DNA from: Candidatus Hydrogenedentota bacterium
GTDB lineage: Bacteria; Hydrogenedentota; Hydrogenedentia; Hydrogenedentales; SLHB01
Length of the DNA: 64,000 bases
Direction: 5' to 3'
NCBI GenBank assembly: GCA_963668025.2
Contig: CAXXTH010000014.1
Coordinates: 32,001 to 96,000, forward strand
The translations under genes were made by a program, and so were the position numbers. How positions within the stretch are numbered: position 1 is the first letter of the stretch; every line of letters begins with the position of its first letter. Shown here in pieces: positions 38,992-47,717 of the stretch. The notes beneath the pieces are model-generated. The model was not told the DNA's origin. It saw only the letters and a list, made by a program, of their open reading frames with translations, and searched no databases.

Positions 38992-40917
38992 ATGATTGTC
39001 CCCATGACGCGTGTAGAAGTAGTGTGCCTGCGCACTGCCTTTGCGGATGTCATCGCCCAGGTCCAGCAATTGGGTTTGGTGCATATAGATACAGTCCCCA
39101 AAGTGGTTTACGACGCCCCCGGTTTTCTTAACCCTGTCCGCTTGACGCTGGAACAGGAAGTAGATCTCGATGAACTCCGCATGATGGAGAAAACCCTTAA
39201 CGAGCTGATGCCGCTTCTTCCCACCCGTTTTGACGCCCCCGAAATCACTAAAGCCATATCACAACTTTCTGAAAAAGGCCGGTCGGCCTGGCCCGGTTTG
39301 CTGCATACTTGGAGCCGGAGATTGCGCTCCCTTGTGCGGCGCAAAATGAATCTTCAAGATAATATATCGGTCCTGAAAGAGTTCAACCGCCTACTCTGCG
39401 CTGTAGCCCCTCAAATCGACGCCCGCCAGGTGCGGATAGATAAAGGCGTTCGGCTCCTCGTCCTCAAAGGGAAAGCAGCCCACGCCCTCTCCGCTCTGCA
39501 TACCGCTCTGGATGAAGACTTCCTGGGGCAATACCAGCTTGTCCACCATCAAATTGAGCGCGGCGCTTTAGTGGGCCTATTAACATATCCCGGAAACCTG
39601 CACGACGCCATAGGTGAAACGCTTCAAAAAGCGGGCGTTGTTCCCGTGGATGCGCCCGATTATAGGCTAACAGGACAGACCATGGAAGAAGCCTTTTTAT
39701 ATATCCGGGAGCTCATAAATCGGCTGCAAAATGAGCTGGCGCTCGTTGAAAAAGAGCTTCAGGCATTCATTCAACACACGGGCCCCTCGATCAAGACATT
39801 AAAAACAGAGGTTACGGACCAACTAGCGAAGTACAAAATCACCGGGGAACTCGCGGGAAGCCATATGATCGGCGTTTTGCATGGATGGATCCCCAAGAAC
39901 CAGATTATCGAATTCTCCCAGAAGCTTTGCCAGCAGTTTCCTGACGCGGTCGTAAATGAACTGCCTGCTGAAGACTATGAGGCGCAGCGCATTCCTACGC
40001 TTCTTCACAATCATAAATTTCTTAGGCCCTTTGAACTGCTCCTTCAATTATACTCGCCGCCCACGTATGGCACCATCGATCCCAGCATCTGGGTGGGCGT
40101 TTCGTTTGTCATGTTCTACGGATTCATGATGGCCGATGTGGTGTATGGCGCAGCCCTCTTTCTATTATCCTGGTGGGTTTGGCGGAAGTGGGGCAAGTTA
40201 TATCCCGTCGCGTGCAGCATAGCGGCCCTCGGATGTTACATGGGTTTTTCGACAACCATCTTCGGACTGCTATTTGGCGAGTATCTAGGCGATCTGGGCT
40301 CCTATTTCTTCGGAATTCAACCCATTTGGGTCCATCGCATCAGCGGCGCCATGACACTCATGTACACGTCCATTATCGTGGGTTTTCTCCATATTGCCAC
40401 CAGCCTTCTAATCGGCATATGGCAAGCCGCCGCCCATCATGAAAAAAAGCATCTTCTCGAACGATTAGGCATGTTCTGCGGCCTGCTCGCCATTGGGCTG
40501 TTTGTACTGAGCGCCATGGGAATAGGGCCTTTCGCCAGCCAAGCCATGCGCTATCTTCCCATCGCCCCCGCTGTCTTCTGCGTAATCCTCCTTGTGTGGG
40601 CGCTGGGAGTCATGGCGCTGCTCCAGATGATCGAAGTGATTTCCCTCGCCACGAATGTCATGTCCTACACCCGTCTCATGGCCCTTGGCATGGCATCGAC
40701 CGCAATAGCCGATGTAGGCAACCATTTCGCGGAAGCCGCTTCGAATCCCTTTGTGGGCGTATCGTTTGACTTCATGTTTCACGTGCTCAACATCGCTCTC
40801 GGCTTATTCTCACCCACTTTGCATGCATTGCGCCTCAACTATGTCGAGTCGCTTCCTAAGTTCTATGACCCCAAGGGAACCAGTTACAAGCCGTTCAGAA
40901 AGGAGATTTTATGGTAG
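38992..40917 (+). CDS. V/A-type ATPase subunit I (a)
   Basis: GWIP, PTLL, IDPS, MMADVVYG, SYTRLMALG, LRLNYVE. Confidence 0.93.
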   Translation: MIVPMTRVEVVCLRTAFADVIAQVQQLGLVHIDTVPKVVYDAPGFLNPVRLTLEQEVDLDELRMMEKTLNELMPLLPTRFDAPEITKAISQLSEKGRSAWPGLLHTWSRRLRSLVRRKMNLQDNISVLKEFNRLLCAVAPQIDARQVRIDKGVRLLVLKGKAAHALSALHTALDEDFLGQYQLVHHQIERGALVGLLTYPGNLHDAIGETLQKAGVVPVDAPDYRLTGQTMEEAFLYIRELINRLQNELALVEKELQAFIQHTGPSIKTLKTEVTDQLAKYKITGELAGSHMIGVLHGWIPKNQIIEFSQKLCQQFPDAVVNELPAEDYEAQRIPTLLHNHKFLRPFELLLQLYSPPTYGTIDPSIWVGVSFVMFYGFMMADVVYGAALFLLSWWVWRKWGKLYPVACSIAALGCYMGFSTTIFGLLFGEYLGDLGSYFFGIQPIWVHRISGAMTLMYTSIIVGFLHIATSLLIGIWQAAAHHEKKHLLERLGMFCGLLAIGLFVLSAMGIGPFASQAMRYLPIAPAVFCVILLVWALGVMALLQMIEVISLATNVMSYTRLMALGMASTAIADVGNHFAEAASNPFVGVSFDFMFHVLNIALGLFSPTLHALRLNYVESLPKFYDPKGTSYKPFRKEILW

Positions 40918-41291
40918 GCCGCATGATGACGCTTCGGGTGCTCTTCCTTAGCCTCGCGCTTGGAGTAGCGCTGTGCAGTATGGCGGTGCCAGTACATGCG
41001 CAATCAACAAACACCGCGGAGGCCGCAAGCGCGGAAAACGCCGCCGCGAACACGCCCGTGGATATTGGCCGGGGTATTAAAATCGCTGGGCTCGCCATCG
41101 GCGCTGGGCTCGCCATTGCGGGCGGCGCTATCGGCACGGGCCGCGTGCAAGCCGCCGTGAGCGCCAGCGGTATCGGCGTCCTGGCGGAAAAACGCGAAAT
41201 GCTCTCCCTGATCTTCATTTTGCTGGCATTCCCCGAGACCCTTGTCGTGCTCGGTTTCGTGCTGGCTATCATGCTGATCAACCTTATGTAG
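40911..41291 (+). CDS. V/A-type ATPase proteolipid subunit K/L (single hairpin, signal peptide)
   Basis: GGAIGTGRVQ...AFPETLVVLGF. Confidence 0.92.
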   Translation: MVGRMMTLRVLFLSLALGVALCSMAVPVHAQSTNTAEAASAENAAANTPVDIGRGIKIAGLAIGAGLAIAGGAIGTGRVQAAVSASGIGVLAEKREMLSLIFILLAFPETLVVLGFVLAIMLINLM

Positions 41292-41304
41292 CTGATTATA
41301 AACC

Positions 41305-41904
41305 ATGGACCCACATCTATTGATAGAGGCCATGTCACGCGAGACGGATGACTCGTGCAAGGCCATTATCGCTGAAGCGCAAGCCAAGGCCAACGTCCTC
41401 ATGGAAGACGCCCGGCGTGAAGCCGCGCGCCGCCGCGAGACCGCCCTGGCCGAAGCCCGGCGCAAGCTTGATGACCTTGTCCGCATCGGCCTCGATCGCG
41501 CCAAAGCCCAGGCCGCCCGCGTTTCGCTTGAAACAGAAGACGAGATTGTCGCGGAGATAAATAAGCACGTGCATGAGGCGTTAATCCAAATCGCCGCGGG
41601 GCCTGGCTTCCGAGAGGTGTTATTAAGCCTCCTCACCCAAGCCATGGCCCGCACCACGGATGGGAAAGTGATCGTGCATGCGCCCCAGGCTCATGCCGCC
41701 GCATGCGCCGATTGGTTAAAAGCCCATGGATTCATGACGGCGGATGTACAGCCTTCCAGCGAAATCACGGATGGCGTTCTCATCGAAGACCAGGCCCGAA
41801 GCTACCGAATCACAAACACCCTGTCCCGGCGCTACGAACGCATGGCCAGCGATGCGCGGCGGTTTGCGGTTTCGCAGCTCTTCGGCGAAAGGGCCGGCTT
41901 ATGA
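41305..41904 (+). CDS. V/A-type ATPase subunit E
   Basis: Coiled-coil N-terminus; GVLIE...ITNTLSRR; operon position. Confidence 0.85.
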   Translation: MDPHLLIEAMSRETDDSCKAIIAEAQAKANVLMEDARREAARRRETALAEARRKLDDLVRIGLDRAKAQAARVSLETEDEIVAEINKHVHEALIQIAAGPGFREVLLSLLTQAMARTTDGKVIVHAPQAHAAACADWLKAHGFMTADVQPSSEITDGVLIEDQARSYRITNTLSRRYERMASDARRFAVSQLFGERAGL

Positions 41905-42974
41905 GCAGCGGCGAATCATATAACATGTACCTGACGGCGCGCGTCGCCGCCAAGCGCACGACATTATTTCCTCAAGCCCAATACGAGGAAATGCTTGGCT
42001 ATGGCAGTATCAGCGCGATGATCAAATATCTGGATAATTCGCCCTATCAAGCCGATTTGGCGGAGGCATTGTCCCATGCGGATGGAGCGGACGCCATTGA
42101 AGAGGCCGTGTCGCGCCATATGGAGCGTGTCTTCTCTGAAGCGCTGGCGATTGGCTATGGCGAGCCCAGCGGCATGAACCTAATCGGCATGTTCCTCATG
42201 CGGTGGGATCTCATGGCTGTGAAGGCCCTGCTGCGCCATGTGTTTCTCAGTGCGCGTTTCAAATATCCGCTGCCAGCCATCATGCCTGGCCCCTCGCTCC
42301 AAACCGGCCTGATGGCCAGCCTGGCCGGGCAGCCCACCGTGGACGCGCTTATCCAAGCGCTAGTGCAGTGGAACCCTTTCCTGTGCGGCGCGCTCCAACC
42401 GGCATGGGACGCCCATCCCGTGTCTGATCCGGATGCGCAAGCTTGGGTGGGATTGGAAGACGTTCTTGACCGGACGTATTTCACGCATAGCCTTGTGCGC
42501 TTAAGCACCGATGAAAACGGCCAGCTTTTACGCGATTTTCTGCGTATGGAGATTGACCGCATTAACCTGCGCGCCATATGCAACGTATTTGCATATGAGC
42601 GCAATAATAGAATACCTGTAGACAGCATGCTTCCAGGCGGCCATCTGCCTAAAACACTGCTTGCTCAAATGCTGGATGCGGGAAGCTTGGAATCGGCTAC
42701 GCTGCAACTAGAAAAGACACGCTACCAATCGCTCCACCGCGGATTATACGCGATGTTGCAACGGAATAGTTTCGCGGTGCTCGAACGGAAATTTGAAGCG
42801 CTGTTTATTTACAATTTCCTGCGCATGGCCCGGTTCAATCCGTATAGCATGGCTCCGCTCATGCACTATGTTTGGATGCGGTCTATCGAAGCCGCTAATT
42901 TACAAGTTCTTGCGCGGGGCATTACAGCAAAGCTGCCTGCGGGGCGCATACAGGAAGAACTGGTGTATGTCTAA
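41901..42974 (+). CDS. V/A-type ATPase subunit C (d)
   Basis: YLTARV, WDLMAVKALLR, EIDRINL, EAANLQVLARG. Confidence 0.88.
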   Translation: MSSGESYNMYLTARVAAKRTTLFPQAQYEEMLGYGSISAMIKYLDNSPYQADLAEALSHADGADAIEEAVSRHMERVFSEALAIGYGEPSGMNLIGMFLMRWDLMAVKALLRHVFLSARFKYPLPAIMPGPSLQTGLMASLAGQPTVDALIQALVQWNPFLCGALQPAWDAHPVSDPDAQAWVGLEDVLDRTYFTHSLVRLSTDENGQLLRDFLRMEIDRINLRAICNVFAYERNNRIPVDSMLPGGHLPKTLLAQMLDAGSLESATLQLEKTRYQSLHRGLYAMLQRNSFAVLERKFEALFIYNFLRMARFNPYSMAPLMHYVWMRSIEAANLQVLARGITAKLPAGRIQEELVYV

Positions 42975-43293
42975 CGTAACAGCCATTACAAGCGGCGGCC
43001 TGGCCCTGCAATTGGCCCTTGCGGGCATCCGCATCGAGACGCCTGGAGCGCCGGAAGACGCCGAAAACCTTCTCGAATCGTACCTGGATGATCCGCGCGG
43101 CGCGGCGGTGGTAATCGTGGAAGACTGTTATCGCTCCCGCTTTTCCGAATGGTTCCATGAGCGGCTTCGCCGGCATCGCGGCCGGCCTTTAGTAGTTTAC
43201 TGCCCGGCTTTCACTACGGATACGCTGGATGTGGATGCGTATCTTTCCTCCGTACTAAAGCCGGCCCTCGGATATGAGATCAGACTGGAGTGA
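42967..43293 (+). CDS. V/A-type ATPase subunit F
   Basis: LALAGI...ALGYEIRL; size and position. Confidence 0.82.
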   Translation: MSNVTAITSGGLALQLALAGIRIETPGAPEDAENLLESYLDDPRGAAVVIVEDCYRSRFSEWFHERLRRHRGRPLVVYCPAFTTDTLDVDAYLSSVLKPALGYEIRLE

Positions 43294-43296
43294 CGT

Positions 43297-45087
43297 ATGT
43301 CAAAACCCAATGAACAGCAAACAGGCGCTGTCGCCCATATCCTCGGGCCCATGATAGCGGCGTCCGGCATGATGGGCGTAGCCATGGGCGAAATCGTCCG
43401 TGTGGGCGAAATGAGCCTTATGGGCGAAGTGATCCGCATCGACGGCGACACCGTCTTTGCGCAGGTCTTCGAAGACACCCAAGGCCTTCGGATAGGCGAG
43501 CCCGTGGTTCGCACCGGCATGCCGTTGTCCGTCGAGTTAGGGCCTGGCCTGCTGAGTTCCATCTATGATGGCATTCAGCGTCCACTCAACGCCCTGCGCC
43601 AGGCCTCCGGCAACTTCATCGGCCGCGGCCTCGTCGCGCCTGCACTCGACCGCACGAAAAAATGGCCTTTTACTCCCCGAGTGAAGCCAGGCCAAGCGGT
43701 GGTGGGCGGCGATATACTCGGCGTGGTGCCCGAAACGGCCATGTTCGAACACCGTGTACTGGCGCCACCCCTGGTGCGTGGCACAATCAAAACAATCGCA
43801 CCAGCGGGCGACTATACGGTGGACACAGTCATCGCTACGCTTGACAATGGCGTGCAGCTCACCATGATGCATTCCTGGCCGGTGAAGAATCCGCGCCCTG
43901 CCGCGCGCAAGCTGCCGGGCGACCAGCCGTTCATCACGGGGCAGCGCGTGCTTGACTGCATGTTCCCCATTCCGCTGGGTGGCTCCGCCATTGTGCCTGG
44001 CGGTTTCGGCACCGGAAAGACCGTCGTCGAGCAGACCCTCTCGAAACACTCGAACGCGGATATTATCGTCTATGTAGGCTGCGGCGAACGCGGTAATGAG
44101 ATGGCCGACGTATTGGACGAGTTCCCCCGCCTTAAAGACCCCAAGACGGGCGACTCGCTCATGAACCGCACCATCCTCGTGGTGAATACGTCCAACATGC
44201 CCGTGGCGGCGCGCGAAGCGTCCGTCTACTCGGGCATCACCATCGCCGAATATTACCGCGACCAAGGCTATAATGTAGCCACCATGGCCGACAGCACTTC
44301 ACGTTGGGCCGAAGCCCTGCGCGAGATCTCGTCACGCCTCGAGGAAATGCCCGGCGAAGAAGGTTATCCCACCTATCTTTCCGCGCGCATCTCGGAGTTC
44401 TACGAACGCACGGGCCGCGTAGCCTGCTGCGGCTCGACAAACAATGGCGAAGAACCCCGCATTGGGTCATTGACCCTCGTGGGAGCCGTATCTCCTCCGG
44501 GAGGTGACTTCTCCGAGCCTGTAGTGCAAACCTCGCTGCGCATGGCGGGCGGATTCTGGGGGCTTGACGCCAATTTGGCGTATCGCCGCCATTATCCAGC
44601 CATCAATTGGAACGTCAGCTACTCGCTCTATCTCGAATCGCTTGATCCGTGGTTTGAACAGCATGCGCCCAAAGGCTGGATCGCCAACCGGCGGCGCACC
44701 ATGGAATTGCTCCAACGCGAATCCGAGGTGCAGGAAGTCGTACAGCTCGTCGGCCCCGACGCCCTTCAGGATGCGGAACGCCTTATCCTCGAAATGGGGC
44801 GCACCGTGCGCGAAGTGTTCCTCCAACAAAACGCATTTTCAGATAATGACGCCTTCAGCAACCTGGAAAAAACGGGAGGCCTTCTCGCCATCTTGCTGGA
44901 GTATTATGACGAGTGCCGGGCTGCTCTCGATAAAGGCGCCACGCTTAACCAGATCATGGAACTCCCCGTGCGCGAAGACGTGGCGCGCTTGCGTGATGTG
45001 GCCAATGCGGATTTCGCCGCCCAGAGCCAGCGCGTCCGCGAGGCCATGAAGTCCGCCATCGCGGGCCTGCAAGGCAGAAAGGAATAA
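43297..45087 (+). CDS. V/A-type ATPase catalytic subunit A
   Basis: PGGFGTGKT, GCGERGNEM, DSTSRWAEALRE, PPGGDFSEPV; no intein. Confidence 0.97.
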   Translation: MSKPNEQQTGAVAHILGPMIAASGMMGVAMGEIVRVGEMSLMGEVIRIDGDTVFAQVFEDTQGLRIGEPVVRTGMPLSVELGPGLLSSIYDGIQRPLNALRQASGNFIGRGLVAPALDRTKKWPFTPRVKPGQAVVGGDILGVVPETAMFEHRVLAPPLVRGTIKTIAPAGDYTVDTVIATLDNGVQLTMMHSWPVKNPRPAARKLPGDQPFITGQRVLDCMFPIPLGGSAIVPGGFGTGKTVVEQTLSKHSNADIIVYVGCGERGNEMADVLDEFPRLKDPKTGDSLMNRTILVVNTSNMPVAAREASVYSGITIAEYYRDQGYNVATMADSTSRWAEALREISSRLEEMPGEEGYPTYLSARISEFYERTGRVACCGSTNNGEEPRIGSLTLVGAVSPPGGDFSEPVVQTSLRMAGGFWGLDANLAYRRHYPAINWNVSYSLYLESLDPWFEQHAPKGWIANRRRTMELLQRESEVQEVVQLVGPDALQDAERLILEMGRTVREVFLQQNAFSDNDAFSNLEKTGGLLAILLEYYDECRAALDKGATLNQIMELPVREDVARLRDVANADFAAQSQRVREAMKSAIAGLQGRKE

Positions 45088-45093
45088 CGCCAC

Positions 45094-46533
45094 ATGGACA
45101 CGCAAATCGAAACCGGAGTCGAATCCCCGGACCTTTTGCATAGCGAGTATTGGGATCTGACCTATATCTCGGGGCCGCTGGTTTTCTTGCGCAACGGCGG
45201 GCGCTTCGCATCGGGGGCCATCCTGGATCTCGCCATGGAATCGGGTGAGATACGCCAGGGGCAGGTGCTCGAGGTGAGCCGGGACCACGCCGTCGTCCAA
45301 GTGCTTCAAGGCACACGCGGCATGGACATTCGCGGCACGACCGTCGCCCTGCGGAACGAATCCGCGCGCATTGGCGTATCCAAAGCGCTCCTCGGGCGGC
45401 GCTTCAACGGCACGGGCGAACCTATCGACGGCCTGCCGCCCATCGTGCCCGACGCCGAATTGAACATCTCTGGCATGACACTCAATCCCGTCGCACGTGA
45501 TAAGCCCAACGATTTCATCGAAACCGGCATTACCGCCATCGACCTTTTCAACACCCTCGTTCGGGGCCAAAAATTGCCGATCTTCTTCGGCTCGGGGCTT
45601 CCCGCGAATGAAATGGCCAATTTAGTGGTTCAGCAAGCCCAAACCAAAAGCGGTGAAGAAGAATTCGTCGTGGTGTTCGGAGCCATGGGCATCACCGAAC
45701 GCGAGGCGTCTTATTTCATGCGCGCCTTCGACGAGGGTGGCCAAGGCGGCCGCGTGGTGGCCTTCATTAATAAGGCCAATGATCCCGCCATCGAACGCCT
45801 CTTCACGCCGCGCTGCGCGCTGACCGTGGCTGAATACCTGGCTTTCGAGCTGGATTACCAAGTTCTGGTCATTCTGACCGATATGACGAGCTATTGCGAA
45901 GCCTTGCGGCAAGTGGCCAGCGCCCGGGAAGAGATTCCTGGACGCCGGGGTTATCCCGGCTACATGTACACGGACCTCTCCACCATTTACGAACGCGCCG
46001 GACGCATTCGTGGCATGAAAGGCTCCGTGACGCAGATGCCCATGCTGAGCATGCCCGACGACGACATCACGCACCCAATTCCCGATTTGACGGGATACAT
46101 CACCGAAGGGCAGATCGTGATGAGCCGCGGTTTGCATCGCCAGGGGGTGTTTCCGCCCGTGGACATCATCCCATGCCTTTCACGGCTAATGAACAACGGC
46201 ATCGGCGAAGGCCGCACGCGCGGCGATCACCGCCAAGTAGCCAACCAGCTCTATGCGGCGTATGCGCGCGGGCGCGACGTGAAAAAACTTATGGCCATCA
46301 TCGGCGAAGACGCTCTAAGCGATTTGGATAAGAAATTCCTCCATTTCTCTACACAGTTCGAGAAAGAGATGATCGGCCAAGGCTGGACCCGCCGGACCAT
46401 AGAAGGTTCGCTCGAATGGGGCTGGAAACTGCTGTCGAAGCTGCCCAGGGAAGAATTAACCCGCATCAGCCGGGAATACGTGGAACAATATTACCAGGAA
46501 GATCCTTCTGCAAAACAAGCGGAGGAGGCATGA
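45094..46533 (+). CDS. V/A-type ATPase subunit B
   Basis: RGQKLPIF, PGRRGYPGYMYTDL, THPIPDLTGYITEGQI. Confidence 0.97.
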   Translation: MDTQIETGVESPDLLHSEYWDLTYISGPLVFLRNGGRFASGAILDLAMESGEIRQGQVLEVSRDHAVVQVLQGTRGMDIRGTTVALRNESARIGVSKALLGRRFNGTGEPIDGLPPIVPDAELNISGMTLNPVARDKPNDFIETGITAIDLFNTLVRGQKLPIFFGSGLPANEMANLVVQQAQTKSGEEEFVVVFGAMGITEREASYFMRAFDEGGQGGRVVAFINKANDPAIERLFTPRCALTVAEYLAFELDYQVLVILTDMTSYCEALRQVASAREEIPGRRGYPGYMYTDLSTIYERAGRIRGMKGSVTQMPMLSMPDDDITHPIPDLTGYITEGQIVMSRGLHRQGVFPPVDIIPCLSRLMNNGIGEGRTRGDHRQVANQLYAAYARGRDVKKLMAIIGEDALSDLDKKFLHFSTQFEKEMIGQGWTRRTIEGSLEWGWKLLSKLPREELTRISREYVEQYYQEDPSAKQAEEA

Positions 46534-46561
46534 GGCGCTTTTCCGCTGACTGGATAAACGT

Positions 46562-47206
46562 ATGAGCACGGAAGATGTCAAGCCAACCCGCATGAATCTG
46601 CTGGCGCGCCGGGCGCAAATCAAGCTCGCCTCGGATGGCCTGGGCGTATTGCGCGGCAAACGCGAAGCGCTCCTCAAGGAGCTGATCACCCGCGCGCGGC
46701 GGTTGCGTGAATTGCAACAGGAACTCCACCAGCGCGGCCGTGAATCCGCCGCCTCGCTGGCCATGGCCCGCGCCGTGCGCGGCACGCCCGAAGTGTGCTC
46801 CGTAGGCCTCGCGGGACAGCGCGACTTGCGAATTTCCGTCTCATATGAGAAAGTGTGGGGGATACAATTGGGTGCGATCACGCACGACGGCATCGTGCGG
46901 CTCATCGAGCAGCGCGGCATTGGCGGGCTTGATTATGGCGCCCACATTACCTATGCCGCTGAAAAAGCGGAAGAACTGTTGCAGCAACTATTCGCCTGTG
47001 CGCCGGTGGAAGGGCAGATCCAAACGCTGGGAGAAGAAATTCGCAAAGTGAGCCGGCGCATTAACGCTATTGAAGAACACTTGCTGCCGCGTTTACGCTC
47101 CGAAATTCAAGCCATCACCCGCGTGCTTGATGAACGTGAACGTGAGGACCGGTTCCGCTTGAAACGTGTGAAGGGTAAAAAAGCCAAGGCCCGAAAGAAA
47201 GGGTAA
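46562..47206 (+). CDS. V/A-type ATPase subunit D
   Basis: KPTRMNL, RRINAIE, LDEREREDRFRLK. Confidence 0.95.
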   Translation: MSTEDVKPTRMNLLARRAQIKLASDGLGVLRGKREALLKELITRARRLRELQQELHQRGRESAASLAMARAVRGTPEVCSVGLAGQRDLRISVSYEKVWGIQLGAITHDGIVRLIEQRGIGGLDYGAHITYAAEKAEELLQQLFACAPVEGQIQTLGEEIRKVSRRINAIEEHLLPRLRSEIQAITRVLDEREREDRFRLKRVKGKKAKARKKG

Positions 47207-47209
47207 AGG

Positions 47210-47695
47210 ATGTTTGTAAGCGAAATATTGCACGAACGGTCCATCAAACTCCAAGTACGCGCCACCACCAAGGAAGGCGTCATAGAAGAACTCGTGGATG
47301 TCTTGATCGAAGCAGGCGATGTCCCGATGGTTCAGCGCAACCACGTGCTCGATATCATCGCTGAACGGGAAAAGGCCATCAGTACAGGCGTGGGCAATGG
47401 CGTTGCACTGCCCCACGGCGCTACGGACCGGATCGATGACATTGTGGGCGCGTTGGGCATATCAAAGCATGGCATCGATTTCGGCTGCCACGACGGCATT
47501 CCCGCATCGATTATCGTCCTGCTCGTGATCCCCCGCCGCAATTTTCAAGAGCATATCCTCACTATGGCGTCCATTGCGCGCTTGATGGGAAACAAAGCAT
47601 TCCGGCCAAAACTGATGCAAGCAGACAGCGCGCAATCAGCTATTGCGCTCATAGAAGAAGAGGAAAACAAGCATAACAGTCCCCGCAGCAAATAA
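47210..47695 (+). CDS. PTS IIA-like protein (fructose/mannitol/Ntr type)
   Basis: REKAISTGVGNGVALPHG phospho-His motif, GIDF. Confidence 0.9.
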   Translation: MFVSEILHERSIKLQVRATTKEGVIEELVDVLIEAGDVPMVQRNHVLDIIAEREKAISTGVGNGVALPHGATDRIDDIVGALGISKHGIDFGCHDGIPASIIVLLVIPRRNFQEHILTMASIARLMGNKAFRPKLMQADSAQSAIALIEEEENKHNSPRSK

Positions 47696-47717
47696 ATCCG
47701 CCCATATTTTTGGAGGA

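Noticed and set aside
41084-41117. 18-bp-period repeat in the ATPase proteolipid gene
   Set aside because: In-frame AGLAIG/AGLAIA helix repeat typical of c subunits.
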